Part shown: one piece after another, positions 1 to 10,334 of the stretch
Layout: every line of letters starts with the position of its first letter
How positions within the stretch are numbered: the first letter of the stretch is position 1
IMG/VR virus record: IMGVR_UViG_3300021431_000084
DNA: 64,000 nt
Reading direction: 5' to 3' (one strand)
Source: a virus
Taxonomy: Duplodnaviria; Caudoviricetes
Made by a program: the position numbers and the translations under genes
Notes under the pieces: generated by a model
Database searches by the model: none
What the model was told of the DNA's origin: nothing
Seen by the model: the letters and a program-made list of their open reading frames with translations, nothing else

Positions 1-54
1 TTATCTGTTGAGCAATTGGATATAATTGAATTTATGATAAAGGAGGAATAATAA

Positions 55-1605
55 ATGGCAAAATTAAATCCGCCAATTTTGGAAGGAATAATCCCTTGCT
101 TTTTTGAGATTACTATACCTAATACTAATCCAGTACAAACACAAGTGCCATTGGATATTCCTTTCGTTATGAATCGTTCTGTTGCATTGGCTGATATTAG
201 TGCAATGAGATTAAAGTTTAAGACCATTGGTGGTGTTGAACTGGGAGATGTTAGAATTGATAAAGGTTTAATAACTGTTGAGGGTACAAGTGCTATAATA
301 AATATTTCAGAATTAAGAACTCTTGATGAGGGAGCGGGTAATTCAATATATCAGAAATTAAACATAGGTCAGTATTATAAAATACAGTTAGCTTATGTTT
401 CTAATAATGATTCAACAATTGGATATTATTCAAGTGTTGGCATAATTAAATTTACCGCTGAACCTTTTTATGGAGTTGCTCAACCTGAGGTTGAGTATGC
501 AGTTGCCTACCCAGAGTATGATGGCACTTATATGCCCAATCCATTAGATCCAACTGAAAAATGGTATTCATATCAGTTTGATCTTATTGAAGAAGATGTT
601 GGTATTATAGATACAACCGAAGAACAGTTACATACAAATATAAATGTAGATTATGAGCGTTATATAATCACTAAAGATTTAGATTCTTCTAAAAACTATA
701 CTGTGAGATTTACTGTTACAACAGTTAATAAAAAAGTTTTAACAGCAGAAGAAACAATAGTATTTGATACTCTTCCTGCGTTCCCAGAAACTTGCACAAT
801 AAATGTTGCAAGAAATTATGATAATGGATATTTTACAGTTAGCGTTTCTGGTGAAGATTTATCTGATGATATTTATATTTTATGGAGATATTCTTCCAAA
901 ACTCAAGAGTGGGATTTACTTAGTAAACAGTTCCACTTGTCTGATACTTATTATGATTTCACTATTGAAGATGGTATTGAATATACTTATGCATTACAGG
1001 CAGAGGCTCAGGACATCTTGGTCCCAACCAGCGAGAGAAAATTAGCAACGCCGCAAGTTGCTCATTTTGAAGATATGTTTATAGGTGATAAAAATAGACA
1101 GCTTAAAATCAGATTTAACCCAAAGATTAATACATTTAAGATTATTACATTTGAAGCCAAAACTGATACTCTTGGTAGTGAGTTTCCTATATTTAGTAAG
1201 AATGGTAATGCAAAATATAAACAGATTGATTTTGGAGGTCTTGTTTCTTATCTTATGGATGAACAAGATTTGTTCCACGTATTCCCATCAGAAGTAGAAA
1301 GTTTTAGAAAAGAAACAAATAATATTCATAATGACCCTCAGATTTCTTCTACTGCCACAACTAATGAAAATATCTATAAAGAGAGAATATTTAGAAACGC
1401 AGTAATGAATTGGCTTACAAATGGCGAGCCAAAGTATTTTAGATCAATAACTGAGGGTAATTATATAATTAAACTTTTGAATCCTTCGTTCACTCCTAAT
1501 GATACTACTGGTCGCATGATTTATTCATTTACAACCACTTCATATGAGATGGATAAAGATACAAGAGAAAACTTAATAAAATATAACTTAGTAGAGGAGG
1601 GATAA
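55..1605 (+). CDS. Putative virion structural (baseplate/distal tail-like) protein
   Basis: 516 aa, AAGGAGG RBS, beta-rich Ig/FN3-like middle; co-transcribed with a tail-like gene and a holin. Function inferred from context. Confidence 0.5.
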   Translation: MAKLNPPILEGIIPCFFEITIPNTNPVQTQVPLDIPFVMNRSVALADISAMRLKFKTIGGVELGDVRIDKGLITVEGTSAIINISELRTLDEGAGNSIYQKLNIGQYYKIQLAYVSNNDSTIGYYSSVGIIKFTAEPFYGVAQPEVEYAVAYPEYDGTYMPNPLDPTEKWYSYQFDLIEEDVGIIDTTEEQLHTNINVDYERYIITKDLDSSKNYTVRFTVTTVNKKVLTAEETIVFDTLPAFPETCTINVARNYDNGYFTVSVSGEDLSDDIYILWRYSSKTQEWDLLSKQFHLSDTYYDFTIEDGIEYTYALQAEAQDILVPTSERKLATPQVAHFEDMFIGDKNRQLKIRFNPKINTFKIITFEAKTDTLGSEFPIFSKNGNAKYKQIDFGGLVSYLMDEQDLFHVFPSEVESFRKETNNIHNDPQISSTATTNENIYKERIFRNAVMNWLTNGEPKYFRSITEGNYIIKLLNPSFTPNDTTGRMIYSFTTTSYEMDKDTRENLIKYNLVEEG

Positions 1606-1608
1606 GTT

Positions 1609-4155
1609 ATGGCTATTAATCCATTACTTGATAATGACTTCCTTACTCAATTATATGAAGCTCGTGAGAGAGAAGTTTATGCAAAGGTTACTTTGCTAAC
1701 CCTCGATGAATTACCGGTTGAAGATTTTAGTGGAAAGGTTACGCAAGGTACTGTCAATCTTGATGGTACCTCTGCGGTCCGCCGCACGTGCTCATTATCC
1801 GTTGTAACCGAATTGGATGAAGCTAACTCGTACATGTGGGCATTAAACTCTAAATTTAAGTTGGAAGTTGGTTTAAAAAATGTTCTCAAAGATATTACTT
1901 CTGAAAGAGGATTTAAACCTTATGCAAACTATGGAGATATAATTTGGTTCCCAATGGGAATTTATTTTATTACTTCATTTAATACAAATCATTCAACTAC
2001 TTCATCAAGTATTTCCATTAGCGGCAAAGATAAGATGGCTATGTTAAATGGTGATTTGGGTGGTTCTGTATATTCTCTTACTTGGGACTTTGGCTCTATT
2101 GAGATTACAGATGCAAATGGCGAAACTACCATTAAGAAATATTTGTTAGAGAATATTATTCGAGAGGCAGTTCATGAGTTTGCAAAAGAACCATTTCAGA
2201 ATATTATAATTAACGATCTTTCTGATAGTGGTCTTGAGTTATTACAATATAATTATTCTAAACCAATGTATCTTATTAAAGATATTAAGGCTGATGTTAT
2301 TACTCAATTTACTTTAAATGCAGAACAAGGTACTTTTTATCAGGTAGTCAAAAATAATGAAGATGGAAAGTATTATGTCCCTCAAGGTGGTTTGGTACCT
2401 GTACAATTCAATGACGAAAGCTTTAAATTTGATTTAACGAGTTCTATTTCAGATGCGGTTTATGAACCAACTTACTTTACCACTTGGGAATGTCTTCCTC
2501 CCGAGGGTAGTGCAGAAATAAAGGAAGTGGTACCTGGAACAGAAGTTAATAGAGTTTATAGTTGTATAAAGGCCGAAGAAGGTGAGACTATTGGTTACAG
2601 AACAACTGATTTGGTTTATGCTGGTGACTTGATTGCAAATGTAGGAGAGTCAATTACTTCTGTTCTTGATAAGATTAAGAATATGCTTGGTGATTATGAA
2701 TATTTCTACAATCTTGATGGACAATTTGTATTTCAAAGAAAAGAAATTAGTTTACAACATCCTTGGAATCAATTGAGTTCACTTAATGCTGATAATACAG
2801 AACGATATGTAGATTTATATAAAGACAATTATGCTTATAGTTTTGATGAAAATCAAATTGTAACTTCAATGTCAAACACACCTGCTATTTCAAATGTAAA
2901 GAATGATTTTACAGTTTGGGGTGAAAAGAAAAGTAGTTCTGGTAATACAAAGATACCAGTACATTGTAGATATGCAATTGATATAAAGCCAAAAAGATAT
3001 AAAACTGTCGGTGAAAGAAATCCTGACACTACAAGCGATCAAAAGTGGATAAATCAAGTTGTTTATATTACTGAAGACTACGAAGGTCCTGATAAACAAA
3101 TTGGTAAGGTTAGAGACTGGCGTGAACTGATTTATCAAATGGCTTTGGATTATAGAAAGCATATGCACGATGCTGCTACTCCAGACGCTGAGTTCAACTA
3201 TATAGATGAGCTTCTTCCAGAGATCGCAAAGAATAACCCAGAATTTGAAGGTGGTATTACTGGTTATGAACAATATTATGTTGATTTGGAAGGTTTTTGG
3301 AGATTACTTTATGACCCAGATTATCGCGGCTCGTACACTCCAGCTTATACAATAAATTCTTCAGATGCTTTTAATAAAGAAAGAGGAAAATTATATTATT
3401 TTGAAAATCAAGCCATGGAATTATACGACTATACGGCAAGTTATTACTACGCAAATGATAATAAAACTTCGTATGTATATGCCAATATTACAAATGAGTT
3501 AGATTTTAATGCTAATAAAAGAAATCTCTATAAACCTATATTAGCTTGGAATTATGACCCAGCCATATCCTATTTTTATTACACAGAAGAATATTATACA
3601 GGAGTGCTAGATGAATTTAGATATTGGAATAAAACCGTAATCAATAAACCCGAAGAATTAGTTTTTTGGTTTGACTTTATTGATGCAGAAAAGAATAGTG
3701 ATTTGTCAAAATATGCAGTTAGAAATATTGGTTTAAGACAAGCACCGAAAAAAGATACTGCTGTTAAAGCGGTTTATTATAGAGATGTACCTAATGTTAT
3801 TTTTGTATCTAATACCGATAAAGAAGAAATAGCAAAGTTAAGAGAACAAAACGAAGGTGGTTATACCATCTTACCACTTAATGAGGATATTATGGCCGCG
3901 TTCACATTGAGCGTACAGGGCAAGTCCGCAAAAGAAGAAATTGACTCTATGATTTATAACAAGGCTTGTTGTAATGAATCTATAACACTTAACTGTTTAC
4001 CAATTTATACTTTAGAACCTAATTCAAAGGTTTATGTAAAAGATACCAAGAGTGGCATAAATGGCTCCTACTTGGCTACAAGAATGTCAATCAATTTAGC
4101 TTATAACGGTATGATGAATGTTACCGCTACTAAGATTATTGATAGAATTTATTAA
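1609..4155 (+). CDS. Putative tail/baseplate hub protein
   Basis: 848 aa; N-terminal 'GTVNLDGTSAVRRTCSL' and C-terminal 'ITLNCLPIYTLEPNSKV' pattern typical of Firmicutes phage tail proteins. Confidence 0.6.
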   Translation: MAINPLLDNDFLTQLYEAREREVYAKVTLLTLDELPVEDFSGKVTQGTVNLDGTSAVRRTCSLSVVTELDEANSYMWALNSKFKLEVGLKNVLKDITSERGFKPYANYGDIIWFPMGIYFITSFNTNHSTTSSSISISGKDKMAMLNGDLGGSVYSLTWDFGSIEITDANGETTIKKYLLENIIREAVHEFAKEPFQNIIINDLSDSGLELLQYNYSKPMYLIKDIKADVITQFTLNAEQGTFYQVVKNNEDGKYYVPQGGLVPVQFNDESFKFDLTSSISDAVYEPTYFTTWECLPPEGSAEIKEVVPGTEVNRVYSCIKAEEGETIGYRTTDLVYAGDLIANVGESITSVLDKIKNMLGDYEYFYNLDGQFVFQRKEISLQHPWNQLSSLNADNTERYVDLYKDNYAYSFDENQIVTSMSNTPAISNVKNDFTVWGEKKSSSGNTKIPVHCRYAIDIKPKRYKTVGERNPDTTSDQKWINQVVYITEDYEGPDKQIGKVRDWRELIYQMALDYRKHMHDAATPDAEFNYIDELLPEIAKNNPEFEGGITGYEQYYVDLEGFWRLLYDPDYRGSYTPAYTINSSDAFNKERGKLYYFENQAMELYDYTASYYYANDNKTSYVYANITNELDFNANKRNLYKPILAWNYDPAISYFYYTEEYYTGVLDEFRYWNKTVINKPEELVFWFDFIDAEKNSDLSKYAVRNIGLRQAPKKDTAVKAVYYRDVPNVIFVSNTDKEEIAKLREQNEGGYTILPLNEDIMAAFTLSVQGKSAKEEIDSMIYNKACCNESITLNCLPIYTLEPNSKVYVKDTKSGINGSYLATRMSINLAYNGMMNVTATKIIDRIY

Positions 4156-4170
4156 GGAGGAAAAGGATTT

Positions 4171-4545
4171 ATGGACAAAATGGAACTTATTCAGCAGATT
4201 TTTGAATTGTGTATTGTACCTCTTCTTGCGGTGCTCACAGGCTACATTGTTACGTGGATCAAAGCCAAGACCGCGGAGATTGAGCAGAACAAGTATACAG
4301 ACTTGATTTCTGATACAATCATTCAGTGTGTTATTGCAACAAATCAGACTTATGTTGAAGCCTTGAAGAAGGAAGGTAAGTTTGATGCTGAAGCACAGGA
4401 GAAGGCTTTTGAAATTACAAAACAGGCTGTTCTCGCAGTTCTCACTAACCAGGCAAGAGATTTTATTGAGATGTCTTATGGTGATGTTGAGGCTTGGCTT
4501 AATCAGCAGATTGAAGCTACTATTAATACTTATAAAAAGGTATAA
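4171..4545 (+). CDS. Putative holin (LL-H-like)
   Basis: 124 aa, single N-terminal TM, C-terminal 'WLNQQIEATIN', located at the end of the tail operon. Confidence 0.6.
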   Translation: MDKMELIQQIFELCIVPLLAVLTGYIVTWIKAKTAEIEQNKYTDLISDTIIQCVIATNQTYVEALKKEGKFDAEAQEKAFEITKQAVLAVLTNQARDFIEMSYGDVEAWLNQQIEATINTYKKV

Positions 4546-4587
4546 AAAAATGGGGTTATCCTTAATTGGATAACCCCTTATTTTTTT
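4545..4587 (+). terminator. Intrinsic terminator (possibly bidirectional)
   Basis: GGGGTTATCC-ttaatt-GGATAACCCC hairpin, followed by a T-run and preceded by an A-run. Confidence 0.85.
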
Positions 4588-4591
4588 GCAC

Positions 4592-4625
4592 AAAAAAAGA
4601 GGGAGACTAAATTAATAGTCTCCCT
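4592..4625 (-). terminator. Intrinsic terminator of the minus-strand operon
   Basis: AGGGAGACTA-aattaa-TAGTCTCCCT hairpin, A-run on + side. Confidence 0.85.
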
Positions 4626-4630
4626 TAATT

Positions 4631-5098
4631 TTATGCTTTACCAAATGTTTGTTTAGCCCTCTCTTGAAGTAGTTTAAACAATTCATCTCCTTCATGATTT
4701 CCGCCTAAAGCTTTATAAGCATCATGGTCTTTTACTATTTGATCATATTCTTCTAAAGTTAAATCATGTTCTTGATTTAAAGCATTTCTACAATTCTGTT
4801 TAAATTCTCTACCTTGGATAGCCAACAAACCCAGTTTCAACTCAGAAAGGTTGGTTTTAAAACCTTCCATTTCTTTTTCTACTCTTTCGTCTTTCTTCTC
4901 AACATGTTCGGTTAAAGCACTAATCTGTTCACTAACCTTTTGGATAATTTCAGTTTTTAATGCTTCTTGTTCAGTTGCCTTTTTTTCTACTTCCAATTTA
5001 ATGTAACGCTTACCGAAATAAGAAGCAAGACCAATAAAGGCTGTAAATAAAATCTCCAGCCAATATTTTAATAAAAACAACCCAATTTCTTGCCACAT
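4631..5098 (-). CDS. Membrane protein, holin-associated type
   Basis: N-terminal TM, coiled coil, C-terminal 'YKALGGN'; ATG at 5098 follows AAGGAGG, so preferred over TTG 5122. Confidence 0.55.
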   Translation of the reverse strand: MWQEIGLFLLKYWLEILFTAFIGLASYFGKRYIKLEVEKKATEQEALKTEIIQKVSEQISALTEHVEKKDERVEKEMEGFKTNLSELKLGLLAIQGREFKQNCRNALNQEHDLTLEEYDQIVKDHDAYKALGGNHEGDELFKLLQERAKQTFGKA

Positions 5099-5137
5099 GG
5101 GTAAAGCCTCCTTGATTTCCAAATTCCTCTACATAGA

Positions 5138-5176
5138 ATTTGGGTTTTACAAGAAGGCTCTTATTTTTTTATGTCC
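5138..5176 (-). promoter_or_regulatory. Putative phage-specific (late-type) promoter GGACA-N29-CAAAT
   Basis: One of 7 sites with identical spacing upstream of gene starts. Confidence 0.6.
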
Positions 5177-5657
5177 AATCGAATGTTTCGGGATTGGTCT
5201 TGATGTAGTGAATACCAATACATATTGCATCACATTCATCTTGTGTTGCCTTGACAGCATACGTATTAGCTACATACTCAGCTGCATTTTTCTTTTGAGT
5301 GGCTCTATCTGCACCTCTGATACCAAGAGTCGATTTCCAACTTGCAGCAAGGACTGCTTCATTGGGTATTTCAAGTTCTGTAAATGTTTCATACAAAACT
5401 CCAAAAACTTCTGCTAAAACTTTAAATGTTCTAACATTCTGTACTACATTAGTTTGAAGCTGAATATCTTCAAAAACAACTTCTGTAATTTCATATTTAT
5501 CAATTAACTCAATAACCTGAGTTTTGATTTTATATAATCTCTCACCAATATCTGGATCGTCTACGCTTATTTTACCATGTGCTATGAGTTTATCCCCATT
5601 AAAAACTGCCCAACCGGTAATACGTGAACTTTGATCAAGAGCTAATAACTTACGCAC
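5169..5657 (-). CDS. RuvC-like Holliday junction resolvase
   Basis: 'LLALDQSSRITGWAVF', 'VVFED' and 'DECDAICIG' acidic motifs; probable GTG start at 5657 overlapping the dUTPase stop. Confidence 0.8.
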   Translation of the reverse strand: MRKLLALDQSSRITGWAVFNGDKLIAHGKISVDDPDIGERLYKIKTQVIELIDKYEITEVVFEDIQLQTNVVQNVRTFKVLAEVFGVLYETFTELEIPNEAVLAASWKSTLGIRGADRATQKKNAAEYVANTYAVKATQDECDAICIGIHYIKTNPETFDWT

Positions 5658-6192
5658 CTGTTGATCCAAATCCGCCAATTCTCTCGCCCTCTGTCTTGTC
5701 ATCATCTACAAGGAGATAAGGTTTTATGATGCCCTGGCCGATGCAACTACCTTTCTTTAAGAGAATAGGATATGGGGATAAGTTAGCAATTTGGAAAAAG
5801 ATATGTCCTTCATTGTCAGGATTATTATAATAATCGGCATCAATAATTCCTACACCGTTAGCAAGAATAAGCCAATACTTCATAGGACAAGAACTTCTAA
5901 CTGAAAGTTCAAGATATGTTCCTTCGTCTAATTGAGCTTTAATACCAGTAGGTACTAAAGTTGTACGAGCATTTGCGGCCTTGGTCAAATTTGCCATATC
6001 GTCTAGTGTAATTGGCCAAGCCACCCCGTTAGTGATCACCTCATTAACAAGGTCCGCAGTTATCTCATTAAGACCGGGAACTACCGTATCTTCTGCTACA
6101 TAGAAATCATATCCGGCAGAGCCCTTTGTCTTACGAACTGGAATAATTATATTTTCATCATCAGCATACTTGCTGATTTTCTCAAAACGCAT
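5650..6192 (-). CDS. dut: Trimeric dUTPase
   Basis: 'SAGYDF', 'RSS', 'GIIDADYY' and 'RIGGFGSTG' motifs. Confidence 0.95.
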   Translation of the reverse strand: MRFEKISKYADDENIIIPVRKTKGSAGYDFYVAEDTVVPGLNEITADLVNEVITNGVAWPITLDDMANLTKAANARTTLVPTGIKAQLDEGTYLELSVRSSCPMKYWLILANGVGIIDADYYNNPDNEGHIFFQIANLSPYPILLKKGSCIGQGIIKPYLLVDDDKTEGERIGGFGSTGA

Positions 6193-6445
6193 TAACGGAA
6201 TCTCCTCTTGAATAAGTAACCTCTGTATCGTAGATAGGATCTTTTACGTCCTCAAATGCAATCTTCGCCTTAACCAATTGATACTCTTCCACGATCTCAC
6301 CTTTTTGCTTAATGTACTTGGTGGTGTAACTGAAACTAACCAGCTCGCCGCAAGGGAGATCTTCGAGAGACTTTCTCAATTTTAAAGCTGCTTCTACTGT
6401 TGGTACTCTATATGTGTTTACAACTTCAATCAAATACTTTTCCAT
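6182..6445 (-). CDS. Hypothetical protein
   Basis: 87 aa ORF tightly packed in the operon. Confidence 0.6.
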   Translation of the reverse strand: MEKYLIEVVNTYRVPTVEAALKLRKSLEDLPCGELVSFSYTTKYIKQKGEIVEEYQLVKAKIAFEDVKDPIYDTEVTYSRGDSVNAF

Positions 6446-6446
6446 T

Positions 6447-6698
6447 TTAATTTACCTCTACTATAATATTGTTATTCTTAAAACCAAATGTTAATTCAGG
6501 CTTTCTTTCTAATAAACCACTAATATAAGCGTCATCACCAAAGAAATGAATTTTACCAATCTTATTTTGCAAGCAGAAATCTAAAGCCATATTGCCAAGA
6601 TTTTCAATACCCTCAACCATAATTTTTTCTCCATTTGGAGCAACCATAACTTGAGTTCTTGCAAACATGTCAACACAACAAATTAATTGATTATCCAT
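6447..6698 (-). CDS. Hypothetical protein
   Basis: 83 aa ORF with coupled start/stop. Confidence 0.6.
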   Translation of the reverse strand: MDNQLICCVDMFARTQVMVAPNGEKIMVEGIENLGNMALDFCLQNKIGKIHFFGDDAYISGLLERKPELTFGFKNNNIIVEVN

Positions 6699-7182
6699 TG
6701 AACTCTACAACCCCCTCATCATAATTAAATAAATACATACAAATTGCACTATTAGAATCCTTTGGCTTTACCCAAATTTCAAGACCATTTCCTTCTTCTG
6801 TAATGTCACAAGCCTTAAGGTCTCCAACATTAATAAGGCAATCTTTGAAAACTTCATGGAACTTCTCAGGTGCTCCTTCAGTTCTCTTGAATAAAGTAAA
6901 GTATCCAATATCTTTACAATACATTAAGAAGTATGTTCCTTGTGGATTCCACTTCTTAATCACTCCCTCAACCTTACGCCAATCCATATTTCTTTGACTT
7001 GCCACAAGGTTTTTATTCATATCATAAAGTGAGAGTTTGAGGTCTGGGTTATAATCTACCCAGGCCTCGTTCTCATACATTTGATATTTCTTTTCATTTT
7101 CTATAAATACAATAGTTCCTTCACCAATTTGCTCAGGATTAAGAGAAGCTATTTCAGCACTTTCCTTTACATTGATTATCAT
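6691..7182 (-). CDS. Hypothetical protein
   Basis: 163 aa, AAGGAG RBS, upstream TGnTATAAT. Confidence 0.65.
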   Translation of the reverse strand: MIINVKESAEIASLNPEQIGEGTIVFIENEKKYQMYENEAWVDYNPDLKLSLYDMNKNLVASQRNMDWRKVEGVIKKWNPQGTYFLMYCKDIGYFTLFKRTEGAPEKFHEVFKDCLINVGDLKACDITEEGNGLEIWVKPKDSNSAICMYLFNYDEGVVEFNG

Positions 7183-7231
7183 TATAAATACTCCTTAAAA
7201 TTTCTCATATTTATATTATAACATAAAATAT

Positions 7232-9478
7232 TTATTTTTCAAAATTAAGGGGATGTTTCTTTCGCATTAAAACTTCTTGTATTTTGCCTTTATTAAAGGC
7301 AGTTGTATAATCACCTGTAAGATAGCCTGTTACTCTTCTTAATCTCTGGATGTTGGTACTACCACACTTTGGACAAGCTTCGTCTATCTCGCCGCAATGA
7401 CCGCACTTCATACATGTATCACAAGGAACATTGATTGCAAAATAAGGAATATCATGATCCATAGCAAACTGTACTACTGCTTCAACCGCTGCCAAGTTAT
7501 TACGATCCTGATCACTAAACTCTACATAAGTGATACAACCAGCAGAGCTATAACCTGTTAATTGACTCTCAATCTCAATCTTGTCGAATGGACTCATTCT
7601 CTTCCAAACCGGAACATGCATTGAGTTGGTGAAGAAGTCCTTATCACTTACTTCTGGTATTACACCATACTGTTTCTTAAACTTCTGCATAGCAGTATAG
7701 CAAAGGTTTTCAGCAGGAGTATAATAAACACCAAAATTGAGTTTGTACTTTTCTTTATATTCTGCACAAAGTGTTTTGAAAGTATTTTCAATTCTCTTTG
7801 CTACTTCCATACCTTTTTCAGTTGTATGGTCAGTGTTTAAAAGAATTTGAAGAGTTTCAGCAAGTCCTAACTGACCAATAGCAAGAGTACCATGCTTGAG
7901 TGCGGAACGTATACCCTCTTCTGGATTGTAACCAAACATTGTACCATTCTCATACATAAATTTTGCTGAACTTGGGGACTGAGAACATATCCACTCAAAT
8001 CTTTCTATTAACATATCTCTTGCATCAGCTATTGCCAATTTAAGAATATCAATGAAAGTATCAATAATATCATCTTCTGTAAAATTATCTATCTTCTGTA
8101 CTTCTTCCATAGCTTCCATAGCAAGAGTAGGCATTATGATAGTTACTGGGCAGATATTACCACGACCATCTTTCATCTGTTTGTTCTGGCCGGGAAGTGC
8201 GTTGATATCTGCACCATTTGCGGTTCTACATCCCATTGTTGAGAAGTATGTAGTTGGATCGTTTGGATCGTAACCAGCGTTACCGCTCCAATCTACATTA
8301 GCATAGTTAGGATAAAGTCTCTTTGCAGTTGACTTAAGTGCTAACTGGAATAAATCGTAGTTGGGGTCACCTTCTTTTCTATTTACACCCTTCATACATT
8401 GGAAAATACCGCAAGGGAAGATAGAAGTTTTATGTAACTTTCCCAAACCTTCAAGAGATACTTCAAGTAAAGCTTTGATTACCATTCTACCTTCTGGGAG
8501 AGTACAAGTACCATAATTAATAGAGGTGAATGGGAGCTGATTGCCTGAACGAGATTGAAGTGTATTCAAGTTGTGATACATACCTTCAACGGCTTGGCGC
8601 ACTTCTCTTTCTGTCATATCTATTGCATATTGATATGCCTGTGGATAATTTTCTTTAAGACCGGGATAATCAAATCCAATTTCTTCATCAGATTTAAGTA
8701 AGTCCTCTAACGTTGCATCTGGACGAGCAACATATTTACAACCATCTTTTAAGTGCTTTTTAAAACTCTTTCTTACATAAGGAACCATAGTCCAGTCTAA
8801 GTGAGTTGCGGAAACACCTCCGAATTGCTGCAAGGATTGAATTTGGAATATTACAGCAACTAACTGGAAAGCTGTATTAACACTATTTGCTGGGCGCACA
8901 TCTGTCTGTCGGGTATTAAAACCTTCAGCCAATAACTTATCAAATGGAATTGAGAGACAATTGTGCATACCAACTGCGTAACTGTCCAAATCGTGAATAT
9001 AAATTCTATTGTTTAAATGGTTTTCTTTAGCCATTTTAGATACGATATAATCAAGGGCATATTTTTTAGTCATAACACTTGAAGCTTCACCAATTCTTCC
9101 GCCGAATGAATGCTCGTCAACATTCGCATTTTGATTCTGAACATTACGTGCTTCAAGTTTTTCACCAATAGCATCAAAGAAGGTAGATTGTGTTTCTCTT
9201 GCAACTTCTTTCTTATAACGGTATCTAATGTAAGCTCTTGCTACATCTGGTCTTTCTGAAACCATTAATTCAAGTTCAACCCAGTCTTGAATAGCTTCAA
9301 CTCCAACCGGAGTTTTACTCATTCGTATTCTTTTTTCAATATCGGAAGCAATTTCTTTTGCAGTATCTTCTTCATAAAGTTGTCCATCAACTTCTATCAT
9401 AGCACTATTTACTGCGTCAATTATCTTTTGTCTATCAAAGGAAACTTCTTCACCATTTCTTTTTATAATTTTCAACAT
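7232..9478 (-). CDS. nrdD: Anaerobic (class III) ribonucleoside-triphosphate reductase
   Basis: N-terminal ATP cone, 'MGCRT', 'TPAENL', 'FTNSMH', CxxC..CxxC, glycyl-radical loop 'RRVTGYL'. Confidence 0.97.
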   Translation of the reverse strand: MLKIIKRNGEEVSFDRQKIIDAVNSAMIEVDGQLYEEDTAKEIASDIEKRIRMSKTPVGVEAIQDWVELELMVSERPDVARAYIRYRYKKEVARETQSTFFDAIGEKLEARNVQNQNANVDEHSFGGRIGEASSVMTKKYALDYIVSKMAKENHLNNRIYIHDLDSYAVGMHNCLSIPFDKLLAEGFNTRQTDVRPANSVNTAFQLVAVIFQIQSLQQFGGVSATHLDWTMVPYVRKSFKKHLKDGCKYVARPDATLEDLLKSDEEIGFDYPGLKENYPQAYQYAIDMTEREVRQAVEGMYHNLNTLQSRSGNQLPFTSINYGTCTLPEGRMVIKALLEVSLEGLGKLHKTSIFPCGIFQCMKGVNRKEGDPNYDLFQLALKSTAKRLYPNYANVDWSGNAGYDPNDPTTYFSTMGCRTANGADINALPGQNKQMKDGRGNICPVTIIMPTLAMEAMEEVQKIDNFTEDDIIDTFIDILKLAIADARDMLIERFEWICSQSPSSAKFMYENGTMFGYNPEEGIRSALKHGTLAIGQLGLAETLQILLNTDHTTEKGMEVAKRIENTFKTLCAEYKEKYKLNFGVYYTPAENLCYTAMQKFKKQYGVIPEVSDKDFFTNSMHVPVWKRMSPFDKIEIESQLTGYSSAGCITYVEFSDQDRNNLAAVEAVVQFAMDHDIPYFAINVPCDTCMKCGHCGEIDEACPKCGSTNIQRLRRVTGYLTGDYTTAFNKGKIQEVLMRKKHPLNFEK

Positions 9479-9511
9479 ATTATCTCTCCTCCTTTTTTGG
9501 TATCATAAATA

Positions 9512-9550
9512 ATATGAAAATTATTTAATTAAATTTGTCCAATTTTGGCC
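9512..9550 (-). promoter_or_regulatory. Putative phage-specific promoter GGCCA-N29-CATAT upstream of nrdD
   Basis: Same spacing as the 6 other sites. Confidence 0.55.
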
Positions 9551-10119
9551 TGTAATTTTTGTGCGGCGTGGCTGATGACGTCAACAGCATGATCTAATTC
9601 ATCATAATCCTCATTGTTTAGTACATTGTGATGAAAAGGTAAGTCCGCAAAATCAGCTTTATCTGTTTTATATCTTCTAAACACTTCTTCAATATCGGGA
9701 TTGTTTTCTCTTTTAAGTTGTCTAATAAGTCTAATCTTATCTGACGCTTCTATTAAGAAAACATACAATTCAATATCTTTATGTAACATTAAAGATTCTA
9801 TGCCCTCTGGATTATAAACCCCAATATTTACCTTATCCTTAACCAAACTCTTCAATGGCGTTCCATAAAACCAGTTATTGAAGCAACTTGCTTCGAGCAT
9901 CTTATCATTTAAAACTTCTTCTGTAAACTGGTCAACAGTATAGAAGTGATAATCTACTCCATCTTCCTCGTTATCTCTCATAGGGCGAGTAGTACATGAG
10001 ATGATTTTGTTCAGCTCATGATTCTCCTCACAGACGGCCCGCAAGATAGTATCCTTACCACTACCGGCCTGTCCTATAATTGCTATCATTTTGAAAGGTT
10101 TCTCAGATTTTTCAGCCAT
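9529..10119 (-). CDS. gmk: Guanylate kinase
   Basis: P-loop 'GQAGSGKD', 'TTRPMRDNEEDGVDYHF', 'YGTP'; ATG at 10119 after GAGGAG. Confidence 0.9.
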   Translation of the reverse strand: MAEKSEKPFKMIAIIGQAGSGKDTILRAVCEENHELNKIISCTTRPMRDNEEDGVDYHFYTVDQFTEEVLNDKMLEASCFNNWFYGTPLKSLVKDKVNIGVYNPEGIESLMLHKDIELYVFLIEASDKIRLIRQLKRENNPDIEEVFRRYKTDKADFADLPFHHNVLNNEDYDELDHAVDVISHAAQKLQAKIGQI

Positions 10120-10334
10120 TCTTTTATCTCCTCTGTTGGTATATCTTTTTCCATTTCTAAAACTGGAAGTAATAAGCAATCTAATAATTCATGTGCTTCT
10201 TTTATGTATTTTTTGTCAATTTTGTTGATGATGATGATCCCGTTGCCGGGAACATCAATCATACTGAGACAGGCGAATAGGAGGGCTTCATAGAGAAGAT
10301 AACAATTTCTTTCCATATCATCATACTCATTCAT
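10086..10334 (-). CDS. Hypothetical protein
   Basis: 82 aa ORF coupled to the dnaE stop. Confidence 0.55.
   Translation of the reverse strand: MNEYDDMERNCYLLYEALLFACLSMIDVPGNGIIIINKIDKKYIKEAHELLDCLLLPVLEMEKDIPTEEIKEWLKNLRNLSK

Noticed and set aside
5658-5705. Long upstream starts in the ORF track (also 5122, 10179, 21305, 26254, 38081, 40935, 61860)
   Set aside because: They overlap upstream genes or promoters; downstream starts have better RBSs or match domain boundaries.
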